The notes under the pieces are model-generated. The model saw only the letters and a program-made list of their open reading frames with translations. It had not been told where the DNA came from and ran no database searches. 64,000 nucleotides of DNA from the IMG/VR virus record IMGVR_UViG_2880074916_000002, positions 3,610-67,609 of that record; one strand, given 5' to 3'. How positions within the stretch are numbered: position 1 is the first letter of the stretch; every line of letters starts with the position of its first letter. A program made the translations under genes and the position numbers. Positions 19,104 through 31,600 of the stretch are shown in pieces. The stretch is from a virus (lineage: Duplodnaviria > Caudoviricetes).

Positions 19104-21609
19104 TTAGTACGAGTAATTGTGACTTGTGCTGGTACTTTCAGAAACACTACCACCAATCGAAGCCCCAGCACTGATACCAGCAGATACATGCATCGCCGAC
19201 ATTGCACCTGCAGCCAATTGAGATGAAAACTGCCCCACTGCTTTGGCTGCTTCTAATGCAAGCTGTGCTTTTTGTATCGCATTTTGCATCTTGGCTTCAT
19301 GCTCTTTTAACTGCATTTCTGAAAATGCAATATTGGTACGAACATTCATATCTGCGTACCTTGCTTTCGTTTCAGCATTTGCAATCTGAGTACGAAGTAG
19401 CATGTCATTATATCGTGACTGAGTTTCTGCAAATGCAATATTAGTTCGGCTGTTCATATCAGCATAACGTGCTTGCATCTCAGCATTTGAAATAGAAACT
19501 CGTGACTTAGATTCAATATAACGGTTATAAACATCTGCATTCGCAATCGTCGTTCTTAAACTTAGGTCTGCATAACGTGAGTGTGCTTCTGATACCGCAA
19601 TCGCTGTACGTGATTTCATATCAGCAAACCTAGCCAATGACTCACTATTGGCAATACCAACACGCATACGCATTTCAGCAAACTTGGCTTGTGCATCTGC
19701 AAATGAGATTTTAGTCCGTGATATTGAGTCAATAACGCTTGCTTGAGTATTTACTCTGGATGTTTCAACGTCGGCTTGTGCTTTAAATAACTCTACTTGT
19801 GAATTAAATGCTGATGTATTACTTTGAACAACACCCATTTTTGCATCAATTTCCGCCTTGTACGCTTCAATATTTGCTTGATATTCAGATATTTTCACAC
19901 GTGCAGCTTCGAGGTTGAGTTCAATCTGTTTAGATTTAACATTGGCTTTAGCAGATACGCCATCTACAGTTGCTGCATACATACGAGCAAGCGATTCATA
20001 CATGGATGCCTTGGAAGTTTCAGCCTTAATTTGGGAATCATATGCTTCGACTTTAAGCTTTTCAGCTCCAATCTGTTCAGAATATGCTTGAACCTCTGAT
20101 TTATATGCATCAAATTTAGTCGCAATCAATCCAGCTCGTGCAGTCGCACCTTGAACCAATGCTTTATATACCTCAACATTGGTCATAACCGCTTCAATTT
20201 TAGCTTTAAAAACATCAACTTTTTGTTGGTTGAGTTGCCCAATAACTGCCTGTGCATCAAGCATTGCCTTGTAAGCTGAAATGCGTGAAATAGTTGCTTC
20301 GATCTTGGTTTTATAAACACTTATTAGACTTTCAAATGCAGAATTTTGCGCATTAAAAATACTAATCTGTGCATTTAGTACACTGATTTTACTATCAATT
20401 TGAAACTTAACCAGTTCCATTGTATTTGAAACATAAGCAAGCCACATGTCTTGCTTCATTTTTTCCAAAGCCATACCTTGCTCAGTCAGGAAACGGATAT
20501 GCTCAAGTTGTTTATCAAAAGACTGAATTAAAATGTCACGGTTTAGATCCGCAATCGCAAGTTTGCCTTGATCACGAATGTCGCTAACCTGTTTTGCCAA
20601 CATCCCTTGTGGCATTGAAAAACCACGACTTGCCCACTCGGTAACAGCTTCTTGTACGGCTCGTTCAGTTTCTCGACTGGTACGTTCTCTAGCCCGATTA
20701 AATAACGATTGCTCAACTGCAGCAGGTAAACCAAGTCCTGCATGACTTCCATCTAACCATGCACGGATTTCCAACACCAAAGGCTTAATCGCACTCTCAG
20801 TATTGAAAGCATAATAATCTTGCTTTACAACCGTGCTCGCTTCAGAAATCAAAGCATCGATATTGTCAGGGATCGTAATATTAAATTCAGGTGGTTTCCC
20901 CTCAAATACAGGAATTTCTTCATATTTGAAATTAGGAAGTTCAATTTTCTCCATCACTTCCATTTCTGGAATCACAATGCTTGGTGCACTAGGCATTTCA
21001 ATGTCATCGTTTATTTCAGGTCGTAATGGAACTGAGATGACATCCATGCTTGGTGCAGTAGGTAGATTTAAAATTGGTGCTTCTGGTGTTGCAGGTAATT
21101 CCAGATCGCTTAAATCTATATCTTTGATTAAGTCATTTAAATTTATTTTGTCTGGTAAGGTACCTGCATCAAAATTTTGCACATCAAAAGTTGGTGCTGT
21201 AGGTAAGCTAATTGCTGTATCAAATTCAGGGATTGTTGACGCAGCAATAAAATCAGGTGTAGATAAATCCTCTGAAAAAATAGGCGCCTCAGGAATATCA
21301 ATATTTAAACCTGAAAACTCAGGGCTCACCATTTCTTTAGGCTGCTGAATATCAAGATCGATAACAGGCGGTACAGGACGCTCAATATTCAATTCAGGTG
21401 CAGTTAAACCTTTAAGTGGCTCCAAAACCTGATTCACTTGGCTTTGCTAAATTAGATGGAGGTGTAATATCTGCAACAGAGATTTCGGTGAGATTACCCA
21501 AAGCTTGAGATACATCACTTGCATACCCATTCACTTTACGCTCAAAATAATCGAGTTTTTCAGTGACTTCTTTTGTCACAATATCAATTTGAGGGACTGT
21601 AACTGTCAT
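19104..21609 (-). pseudogene. Large coiled-coil virion protein (about 834 aa) split by a +1 frameshift near 21423
   Basis: GGAG-ATG at 21609 (MTVTVPQ) stops at 21412; removing one nt at GGTTTTGGAGCC joins it to the 777-aa frame (ESGFEPLKGL); 2506 nt = 835 codons + 1. Confidence 0.75.
19287..19718 (-). repeat. Eight tandem 18-aa (54-bp) protein repeats
   Basis: RTKISFADAQAKFAEMRM, RVGIANSESLARFADMKS, RTAIAVSEAHSRYADLSL ... RTNIAFSEMQLKEHEAKM. Confidence 0.9.
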
Positions 21610-21610
21610 C

Positions 21611-22951
21611 TTAAACTCTCCGTTTGGTACTTGTAATATCAATATTCAAATCATTGATATAACCATGTTCACCCGATATTTTGATTTCAAATGCAAAGTG
21701 TCGACCACGTAAACCACGCCCAAATAAAACACGGCCATTGGTTAAGTAATCTGCTTTCTCTGTAGGCAATAAATAATAATAGGTCTGCTTTGTGCCACTT
21801 TGCGTCGTGCTCACACCAACTTCCAACTTTCTGGAATTTCCAGATAGTTCATATTCAAGATAAGCACCCAGTGGATGAACTAACTGTCCCTGCCCCAAAT
21901 CCAATTGTCCTGTGGCTAATTTTGCTTCAATGAGCTCTTTAGCATCCAGTTGATACACCCCATCTTCAGCAACGCCATAGAGCACACCATCAATGACAAC
22001 TAATTCGCTAAAACCATAATCCTGATAACGGCTCATAGCCCATGTATCAACATTTGCCGTCCATGCAGACCCATATTGCTTTTCTTTTGCATGATCATCT
22101 TCAATAAAAACAAGGTCAGTAATTAATTGCTTGGCAATATGTTTGCCTTGATTTATATCTGATGAGATCAAGTTCTCATGAATGATTTGTTTTGACTTAC
22201 GTTGTTGTTGTGATGTTTCAACAATACGAATGGTATCAATGACACGTTGTTTTGTTGTTATACGCTGATGATATTGTTCTGAATATCCAATATGATCCAC
22301 AACAAAATCAGAATATCGGGCAACACAACTGCCTTGAGCTTTTACTGTTTCTGAGATAACTGAGTGTGCTAACTTTTTATGTTGATAATTTTCGTGATAA
22401 ACAATGCTTTCGTGTGTATATGCTCTTAATTTTAGATTTGATTGAGAATCTACAATATTGAAATATTCCTGAATCGAATCTTTAAAGCGTGCAATAGCCT
22501 TAAAGTTTCCTTTCACTTTTAAAACTTCATTTAATTGAGTGACGCTATATTTTTTATGATGAACTTGCTCGCCTATCCGCACCTGTTCGATATTTAAATT
22601 ACGAAGTTTATCTGTTTGCGTTGTAGTTGAGCTAATCTCATCTTGAATTAAAGACTTTGCACGTAAGCGTGTTTTGAATTGATCTGAAACAACGATTTGA
22701 TCAGTAATGAAATCTTTATGGCGCTTACGACCTGTAAACTCATCAAATACCTTCACAGCATCGCGGACTGGATAAATAGCAGAGTCTACAAATTGATCCA
22801 AAACAAAAACTTTATCAGCACTCAGTACCTTCAAACGATACAGTGAATCCTCTCGGATTCTGATTAACTCTTCAGTGACAGCTTTAGATTTACCTATCGT
22901 ATTATTGGAGTATGCAATCGTTTCCTGAATATCATCTCGATATAAAGTCAT
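21611..22951 (-). CDS. Putative virion/tail protein with short N-terminal repeats
   Basis: 446 aa, ATGA-coupled in the late operon; (D/E)x-hydrophobic-x-hydrophobic-x(D/E) every 18-20 aa. Confidence 0.65.
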   Translation of the reverse strand: MTLYRDDIQETIAYSNNTIGKSKAVTEELIRIREDSLYRLKVLSADKVFVLDQFVDSAIYPVRDAVKVFDEFTGRKRHKDFITDQIVVSDQFKTRLRAKSLIQDEISSTTTQTDKLRNLNIEQVRIGEQVHHKKYSVTQLNEVLKVKGNFKAIARFKDSIQEYFNIVDSQSNLKLRAYTHESIVYHENYQHKKLAHSVISETVKAQGSCVARYSDFVVDHIGYSEQYHQRITTKQRVIDTIRIVETSQQQRKSKQIIHENLISSDINQGKHIAKQLITDLVFIEDDHAKEKQYGSAWTANVDTWAMSRYQDYGFSELVVIDGVLYGVAEDGVYQLDAKELIEAKLATGQLDLGQGQLVHPLGAYLEYELSGNSRKLEVGVSTTQSGTKQTYYYLLPTEKADYLTNGRVLFGRGLRGRHFAFEIKISGEHGYINDLNIDITSTKRRV

Positions 22952-25398
22952 TCGTTAATTACTCCAATAAAATGATATGCAGACCTATTATCAACTAAAC
23001 TTGTATAACCCCATTTGTATCGACGGTTATACTGGTCTATTTCAGATATGTTGGCATATTCACTATCACCAAAGACAACCCTACAGGCATCTCTGTAAAA
23101 GACACCAACATATTGATCTGGTGAAGGTAAAAAATACGTAGTCGCAGGGATTACATCTATTTTTCTAGGGACTTCATCAATCGTGATATAAATATTCCCT
23201 GTGGTTTTTCCATTTTCACGCCAACTTTTTGAATAGGTTTGTACCTTTGGAGCACCACCACCGCCAGAATGCTGCCAAGTGTGCTTATCTGGATGTACAA
23301 GCCAAGTGATGTCATATGGCAATCCATTCAACCAATCTCCTTGATCAGCAAAGTCAGAACAACCACCTGGATCATAGTTATAACCCATGACCCATACGGG
23401 GTTACCATCTTTAGGATAGGGTTCAGCTTTGTTCGCTGTGTACATATTTCCTGCAACAGAACCACCTTTCCATGCCCAAACAAAATCATAAGTGAAATAA
23501 CGGTAAGAGTTCGGATCACGTACAGAATGAAGGCTCAACCCTTCAGTTTTATAAATACCTGATATATATTCTGAAACAGCATATAGCGATGCATTTCTAC
23601 ACAAAAAGGGAATACAAACTGCGATCGCCAATGAACGATTCTCACTTTTTGTAGATTCTGTTTTGTGAGTGAAATAACGATTCCTCCAAATTGAACCCAC
23701 TTGGGAGAAAAAATCATCAAAAGAAAATACAGGTTTGGAATCAAAACCTCGATCCTCCCCTTTTATTTTGGTAACTATTTGCGTTGGTGCAAATTCATTA
23801 CGAAGATCAAAGTCAGTGGTGTAGAAATTTCCCCAAACAGATATTTGCCCCTCATAAGCAGTTTCAGTCCATGATCCGACAGTCATGCATTCTTCAAAGT
23901 CGTTTTCTACATCTGAGGTATATTTTCTTTGATCAAGGAAATACTTGACGACTTTCAAGCTATCTCCAATGTAATACCCATACATAATCGTGTCACAACG
24001 AACAATCATACCTGCTGGAATTTTGGATTTATCCAAAACAGAAAAATCGAATGAAATACAGCCTTGCATTTCAACAGATGGAAATTTAATTTCTGCACCC
24101 GATGGAAACAGATAGCCTTGACCCACTCGACTGACATGACCTGATAAAACAGCAATTGGATCAAGCTCTAAATTATCCCAATAATCAACGTCAGTCGAAG
24201 TTACACCCAATGGATTATATAAACTCGTCAATGCCTGCTGATAAATATCTTCTTGCGGAACACGACGTAACTTGTACAAAATCGCATTGGACTTATCATC
24301 CTTACCCAATAGTGCGAATAACTTACTCAGATATTTAGAAATTGCTGTGCGGTATTCTTCTTTAACATCAATTGCTTTTAACCAACCATCATCCTTTGCA
24401 CTACCAAAACTCAGTTTTAATTTATAAGCCTTACCAACGGCTATCCCATCTTCATCATAGTTATAGCAAGTGTTAAAACCCTCTGTACCATTCAGGTTAA
24501 AACTCCACCCACATACCATGCTGTATGCAGTATTGGAATAAAAATCAGACGTATCACCTACCTTAATGATGACACCTGCTCTACGCCAAGATTCAAACCC
24601 GCTCCCTTTAGGAAATGCTTCACCACTTGGCATACCACCAAACCGATCAAGTATATTTAAAATTTCTTGATCACCAACCTGCTCAATATATGCTCTAAAG
24701 GCTTCTGTTGTTGTGGTTGGAATTAAAGGCAAGGGCATTGCATAAATGCCACTCGAACTTATACGAGTCAGCCAAGGTTTATTTGAGCTATCAAAAGTTA
24801 CCCCATGTGTTTGATTAAACTTATAATTATATTGAAACTCACCATCTATTGATGGAATACCACTGTATCCAGGTAAACGAACACCATAAAGTTCTTCTGA
24901 GATTTGGTCTATGTACTCTGGCGGTATATTAAATTGTTTCTGATCATAAGTTTTATCAGGTAAATCTTTGAGGTTTAATTTCCCATATCCACCTACAATT
25001 TGCATGACCTCGGCCATCGCACCGCTATACCATGTTGGGCGTTGTTGACTATATTGTGTTGTTACAATGTCACTGATCATGGCGGATTTCGGATAAAACT
25101 CAGGAACAACTGACATATTGGGTTCAATTGTGAACCGTTGTAACTTTAAATTTTTATTGGGTAAATCATTATTTTTATAATCACTTAAACGCTGACGACA
25201 TTGCTCAGTTAGTTTTATGCCCACACCTTCATTCGGTAACACTCTTGCTTTAGTAATTACACCACTAAACAGCATTGGCACATACAGTTTTGCCAAGCCA
25301 TCATGTTCAAATGCATATGGATCAAGTTCTTTATGGGCGATGGCTTTAAGAATCCCAGCCATGTCTTGCAATATGACATAACCACCATCAGGCAAATC

Positions 25399-26680
25399 AG
25401 AGGTGGTCCCACTTGTTTGAACAACTAAAAGCGTATTTATAAGTGATATTCCGCTCTAGTTAAGCCACCTTGTTTTGTTGGGGTAGCTGATCATAGTAAA
25501 ACTCATTTGGTGTCATTTTGTCTAGACTCGAATGAGGTCGTTTCAAATTATAAAACTCAAAATATGCACTTAATTGCTTTTTCGCATCTGTGACACTGCT
25601 ATAAGCTTTGAGATACACCTCTTCATATTTAACGCTCCGCCATAATCGTTCAACCATCACATTATCTACCCATCGACCTTTACCATCCATACTGATTTGA
25701 ATGCCATTTGATTTCAATACATCAATAAATGCATCACTGGTAAACTGGCTGCCTTGGTCTGTATTAAATATTTCAGGTCGACCATATTTTTCAATCGCTT
25801 CATTTAAAGCCGAAATACAAAAATCCACCTCCATACTAATCGATACCCTATGCGCAAGTACCTTGCGGCTATGCCAATCAATCACAGCACATAAATAAAC
25901 AAAGCCTTTTGCCATAGGGATATACGTTATATCCGTAGACCACACTTGATTACTGCGCTGAATAGCCAACCCTTTGAGCAGATATGGATATTTACGGTGA
26001 GCTTGATTAGCCTGGCTTAAATTTGGTTTGCAATATAACGCATTAATGCCCATTTTCTTCATTAAAGTACGTGTATGACGTCGTCCTATATGATGTCCTT
26101 GACGATTCAACAAATCACGCATCATACGGCTACCTGCAAAAGGGTATTGCATATGTAATTCATCAATACAGCGCATCAGCTTCAGATCTGATGCACTCAC
26201 AGGTTTTGGGCGATAGTAATAACAACCACGGGAGACTTTCAGCAGCTGAGCTTGCTTAGATACTGAAATCTGAAGTGAGTCATCGATTAACTTTTGTGGT
26301 TGAAGCGGCCCAGTTTCTTCAACACACCTTCTAAAAAATCAATTTCTAATGCCTGCTCACCGATTTTTGCATGTAGTTTTTTTAGATCGATGGGTGGTTC
26401 TGTTGGAGCTTTTGATTGATCGAAAGCTTGCGAGGAAGCTGAAATCAGTTGATTTTTCCAGTCGATAATTTGGTTTTGATGAACATCAAATTCAGCACTC
26501 AATTCAGCAAGTGTTTTTTCTGCTTTAATCGCAGCAAGTGCTACCTTAGCTTTAAAATCATTTGAATGATTTCTTCTTGGTCTACGTGCCATAAAATACT
26601 CCATATATTGATGTTTATAACATCATTTGAGGAGCAGAATATCACTTATAGGAGTTGTTCAAATTTACGGATCCATCTCT
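25399..26680 (-). mobile_element. Second IS3-family copy, 1282 bp, inverted relative to the first
   Basis: Same ends and identical translated ORFs; TSD AATC at 25395-25398 and 26681-26684. Confidence 0.92.
25460..26592 (-). CDS. IS3 transposase OrfA/OrfB
   Basis: Proteins identical to copy 1. Confidence 0.92.
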
Positions 26681-26827
26681 AATCTTTGACTTGTCTTATA
26701 CTGTCTAAGTTTGAGGTGGCTTTTTGATTACTTAATTTTTTAAGTTGATGATCAATGAACAAGCGATCTGAATCAGAGAGTTGTCCATTAACCACCAAAA
26801 GCCCATAAGGACGTGGACTGTGCATTT

Positions 26828-27406
26828 TTACGCTGCTGTAAAGCTCAGACGATACCCAATTTCATATTCATCACCATCTTGGAATACACGTGCTGCGGTG
26901 TATTTTGATGCTGAAATCAAGGTGCCAGTTGTTCCACCTTTGGTACTGTTGGTCAGCATTGCCGCACCCGTCACAGTCAATTGTGATGTAGTTGCAATCG
27001 TTACTTTAGCAACAGCATTGAAGTTATCAATCGAATTGGTTGATGTATTTTGTGGTGTCCATTGTGGACGTGTTGCAGATGTATAACCCTCAGTCATACT
27101 TACAATTTCAGCTGCAACTGATGCAAAGTTTGCTGCTGTCCAATTGGCAGCTGGTGCTGTTGCACCACTAAATAAAGCAAGATAGTAACCTGCAGGTTTC
27201 GCAGTTGTACCCATTGCAACATTGAGTAAATGTGCAAGACCTTCATTGACCACAAGGTTATGCGTGGCTTGCCATTCACCGCCATTCACACGATCAAAAT
27301 ATTCACCTTGCGCCATAATTCCTTGTTCAGGAAAATAGATACCTTGCTTGGTCATCTCATAATTATTGGCTTGTAAATCGCTTTTTAAATCTTCTATGTT
27401 CATCAT
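26828..27406 (-). CDS. Putative tail/virion protein
   Basis: 192 aa; HNLVVNEGL...YYLALFS motif typical of phage structural proteins; late operon position. Confidence 0.65.
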   Translation of the reverse strand: MMNIEDLKSDLQANNYEMTKQGIYFPEQGIMAQGEYFDRVNGGEWQATHNLVVNEGLAHLLNVAMGTTAKPAGYYLALFSGATAPAANWTAANFASVAAEIVSMTEGYTSATRPQWTPQNTSTNSIDNFNAVAKVTIATTSQLTVTGAAMLTNSTKGGTTGTLISASKYTAARVFQDGDEYEIGYRLSFTAA

Positions 27407-27433
27407 TAGATACCATGTCAGTAAACAATGGCA

Positions 27434-28656
27434 TCACGTTACAATGGTTGTGACTCTACGCCCTAGCCTTACAGACCTGCCCGACTTTGCTGTAATTCCC
27501 TGCAATACGCCAGCCTGTAACTCAATGATTTGCCCACTCGATGTGCCTAAAACATATCCATTCTCAGCCAACCATAATGCCGTTGTATTGCCACCTTGGG
27601 ATATATCCGAGCCAATATCATTATTATCAATTTCAATTGCACTAGCAGCTATTGGTGCATGAGATGTTTTAGATTGAAATGTCATATCTGTTGGCTTGGC
27701 ACCAGTCAGGAAAACAACATGTGTGACTTGACCCACCCAAATACCACCATCGACTGGCAGAATGAAAGTAATACGCTGAGGCATCACCACAAAGCCAAAC
27801 TTTTCATTATGTAGGTGATATGCCATTGGCTCAGAAAACCTGAGTATATTTTTATCAGCTGTAAGTAATCGTCCTTGCCAATATTTCATATATCGACCTG
27901 TAGGCATGGGCGATAAACCTTTAAATCGCGCTGTCATTCCCAAGTCCAAGTTGCTCAAGCTAATAGAACTGGTACCAATTGGATGATCAGAATGAAATAA
28001 CAATTCCCCCCATTTCGATCAGTCACATAAATTCGTACATGCGTTACAGATTCATCAAAACAGTACGGTAAATTTATTTGAATACTGGCAAACGTTTGAT
28101 CATCAAGATTACCACTTGACGCAAGTTCTATTTGATCCGATGCAACTTGTGATAAAGCTGATTCTTGTTGATCACGTAGCCATGAAATTGCCACACTGTA
28201 AGTTCCACTTTTTAACGAACCACCACTGTTTTGCATTGTTAACATTGGCATTGCAGGTGTATCAATGGTTAATGGATGAATAGCTTTTCCATCATATGCC
28301 CACAGACCTAATTCACTTGCAATATAAACAAGATTATTGACTACCTCATAACAGAATTGAATATGACCAATTTTCCCTAACACCTCAGGTTGCCATGTTT
28401 GTGCATCTAATTTAACGAACTCTGTATCCAATGTGGCAAAAACATCATGATGCAAAGGACTTTGCCAAATATTCCTGAAACTCAAAGGTGAAACTTGCTT
28501 AGAGCCTTGTCGTAATTTAAGCCGACCAGTATCCGTAATATCAAGATTCACTGCATCACGTAAATATAATTTAGGTGAATCACCACTTTGTTGTAATCCA
28601 TCATCTGCAACCACATTATTCATGCCTGCAATCGGGAATAATTTTAAAGCTGTCAT
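27434..28656 (-). pseudogene. Tail stabilisation/tube-like protein (about 407 aa) split by a -1 frameshift in a G6 run (28006-28011)
   Basis: 233-aa and 189-aa ORFs join as TDRNGG-ELLFHSD if one G is added; 1223 nt = 408 codons - 1. Confidence 0.75.
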
Positions 28657-31600
28657 TAAAAAGCCCCTTTCCTAAACTGATCAGCATTACCATCTGGACG
28701 AATATAATGTGCTGCAGGTTTTATATTAGGCACTCCAAAGCTTGTTGATACAAACCCTACAGCTTTCAATTGAATTGGAATCGTCGGCTTAGGAGCCAGT
28801 TTAACGATCAACTTCTGGCTAAACCCACCCATCTCAAAACTATCATCATAAGAATCGAAGCCTTTAACTTGAAGCTCTCTAACCCTAAGCGAAATAGATG
28901 TTTGACCAAATCTCGAAACATCAAACCCACCATATTGCCCCAGTACCAATTCCCCCACACGCAATGACTGCCACATATAAGGCGTATCAGGACGACGAGA
29001 ATATCCTAATGCTTGTGCGTCAAATGCAACTGGACGAACCAGTCGGTTTCTATAATCGATTACAGGTTTATTGATTGCGCTACTATTTACGCCATACGGA
29101 CGAATAAATTGATCGGTATTGCCATCAAATGGAAATTTGACAGATGGGCGACCCCATAATTCAGTAAAAGAACTTTCAAAAACCTTCAACTCCAAATCAT
29201 ATGGTCCAAATACATGGACACCATGACGTTGTGCTAAAAACCCTCTCGGTTGCACATATTGCTTTCTCAGAAGAATATTGGGCGATCCCATACGTGTCAT
29301 ATAGCGAACATCATAATAATCAACGATATTGATTTTTCTGTGTTTATTTTGGATCAACGTATTGCCAAAGGCTTCAAAACTTTGCACATAATGCAAATCT
29401 CTAGACTCATAATTGTCTTTGGCTTGTTTTGGTGCTTCAACGACTGCATAAATGGTCCATGGTGATAATCTAGGTTTGCCAACAACAGTCGTACTTTTGA
29501 TTGATTCAGGAGAAATTGTCCGTTTAGATAAACTAACCGTCGGCTCTGAAACTGTGAGTTCTTGTAGCCCAGGTCTCACTAAAATACCATTCGATTGCGC
29601 GGATAAGCGTCCGAATACAGTGCCGACAAAACTTTCAGGAAAAACCACATTCGTCTTTAATGATGGATTTGAAACTTGTGGATTAGGCGGTTTAATACCA
29701 TTGCCTTTTTCAGGATCAAATTCATCATAGGAATTCAATTGACCATTCAAATAAATATATTGTTTTGAATACGGAGGTGCGCCTGTCTTGGTGACAACAT
29801 GCCTGCCTGAACCATATTGTGTAAACCCTGTGACACTAAAAGAACGATCTCTGAAAGCAATATCTGTTTTACCAAATACAGATGCAACATACCCATCTAA
29901 GCTATATCGCTCCCATTGCAATCTCACTTTTGCTACACCAAATTCACTTGAATCTCGTCCACTCTGTTTTAATTCAGGCGTTAAATTCCAAATCTTCGCT
30001 TCTAAACCAAAAATATCCCTATGCGTCCATCTTGGTGTGATGATGTTTCGATGTATGACCAATTCAGGTACACCATAGCTCGACATATCAACATCAAGAG
30101 GATCGATATAATTTGTATGTAGCTCAACCTTAGGTAAGGGTAAATATATAGGTGCAATCGTATAACGATGTTCAAAAGATACGTGTCTTATTTTAAGCGC
30201 CACCATCCCAACACCAAATTGCGATGAATCAAAAGCACCCACATAAGGATAATATCTTCTTGTATTTACGATCTTAGACTGACCAAAGATTGAATGGTTG
30301 TCTCCAATCGGTTTTATAACACTGGCATTAATCCATACCACTGACCATTTTGAAAATAAGGGTGGGTCAATTGATTCAAGCTTAATTTTTCGAATACGCT
30401 CACTGATCATTCCTTTGGATTGCTCCAAAGGTACAATGCCTTTAGTTATAATCTGTTTAGCCTTGTTATCAATTTGGGTATAGCCATACCGAGTGTGGGT
30501 ATTTCCGCTGGTATGCATCTTCCTATTTTTATTTTCAACCAATAACCAGCCATCTTGTTTTGGTGGCACAAGTTCACTATCAGCAATGAAATATTGCTGA
30601 ATATATTGACGCTTATTCCAAACAACTAAACGACCTACTGCATCACCTGATAGACCAACCATTGCTCCAAAAGAAACAGGCTTTAATAATCGTTTAGACA
30701 GTTCAACCTTATCAGCACCAAACAACGTTTCAGGCTGCGCATTGATTTGATAAATACTTTTAGATTCAGGAATGATCCTTAAACCAAACTTACTTGCGTC
30801 AAAACCATCTGGCCATACTTTTTGATGTCGTCCTACCTGATGATTAGATGCATAATTAGCTTTTTGGATTGATAGTACTTCTATACGTCTTAATTTATAT
30901 GAGACCCAAGCATAAGATGAATATGCTGATGCATCAAAACCATTGATATTTAATGTTCGATTACGATGTTCTAATTTTGGGGAATCCAATAATAGTGATT
31001 CAAAACCATCAAATTTTAATGATCTGTATCTAAACCATATTGTAGGTTGACCGGATTTAAAGCTTGCTGAGCTTTCTTGATAAAGATGGCGTACCGCATC
31101 ACCTATTATTGGTGATGGTATTAACGGCGACTGAATACCTACTGGTGCAAATGAAGGTGTTTTAGTCAGTACAGCTCGACCAAACAGATTTAGACTAAAC
31201 CCTGATACTGCTAATTTACGAATCGCATAGGCAATATGTTGTTGTCCAAACAACATGTGATCTACTGACAAAGGCGTAAATGATGGTGTTTTATTCCTAA
31301 CACCCCCTTCACCAAAAAGTGTATGTTTACTACCTGATAAAACCACCTCTCTACGATTGCTTAAAACATTAGACCAATTACCTGCTTCATACGCATTAAA
31401 GCCAATACTGTTAATGAATCTACGCGCATTTCGTACACGAATATCGCCAAATACCCCACCAGCGATCACGGTGTTTACACCAGTCACTCCGATTTTTTGT
31501 GTTGGATCAAATACTTTTCCATAGCCTGAGATAAAAGATTCAAAGCCTAAAGCATTGTATAGACGTGGGCTACGTGAAACCCAAGGTGTTCCATAAGTTG

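Larger units (their letters stand above)
22948..26825 (-). pseudogene. Virion structural protein (863 aa reconstructed) interrupted by IS3
   Basis: ATG 26825 MHSPRPYG...RQVKD joins LPDGGYVILQ in frame after removing the IS and one AATC. Confidence 0.85.

Noticed and set aside
17588-26680. Composite transposon that brought in or inverted 18870-25398
   Set aside because: Each IS has its own matching TSD and both interrupted genes rebuild in frame in the present orientation.
27990-28020. Programmed tail-chaperone (G/GT-type) -1 frameshift
   Set aside because: Not a canonical X XXY YYZ heptamer, no tape-measure gene follows, and the 0-frame tail reads like nonsense sequence.
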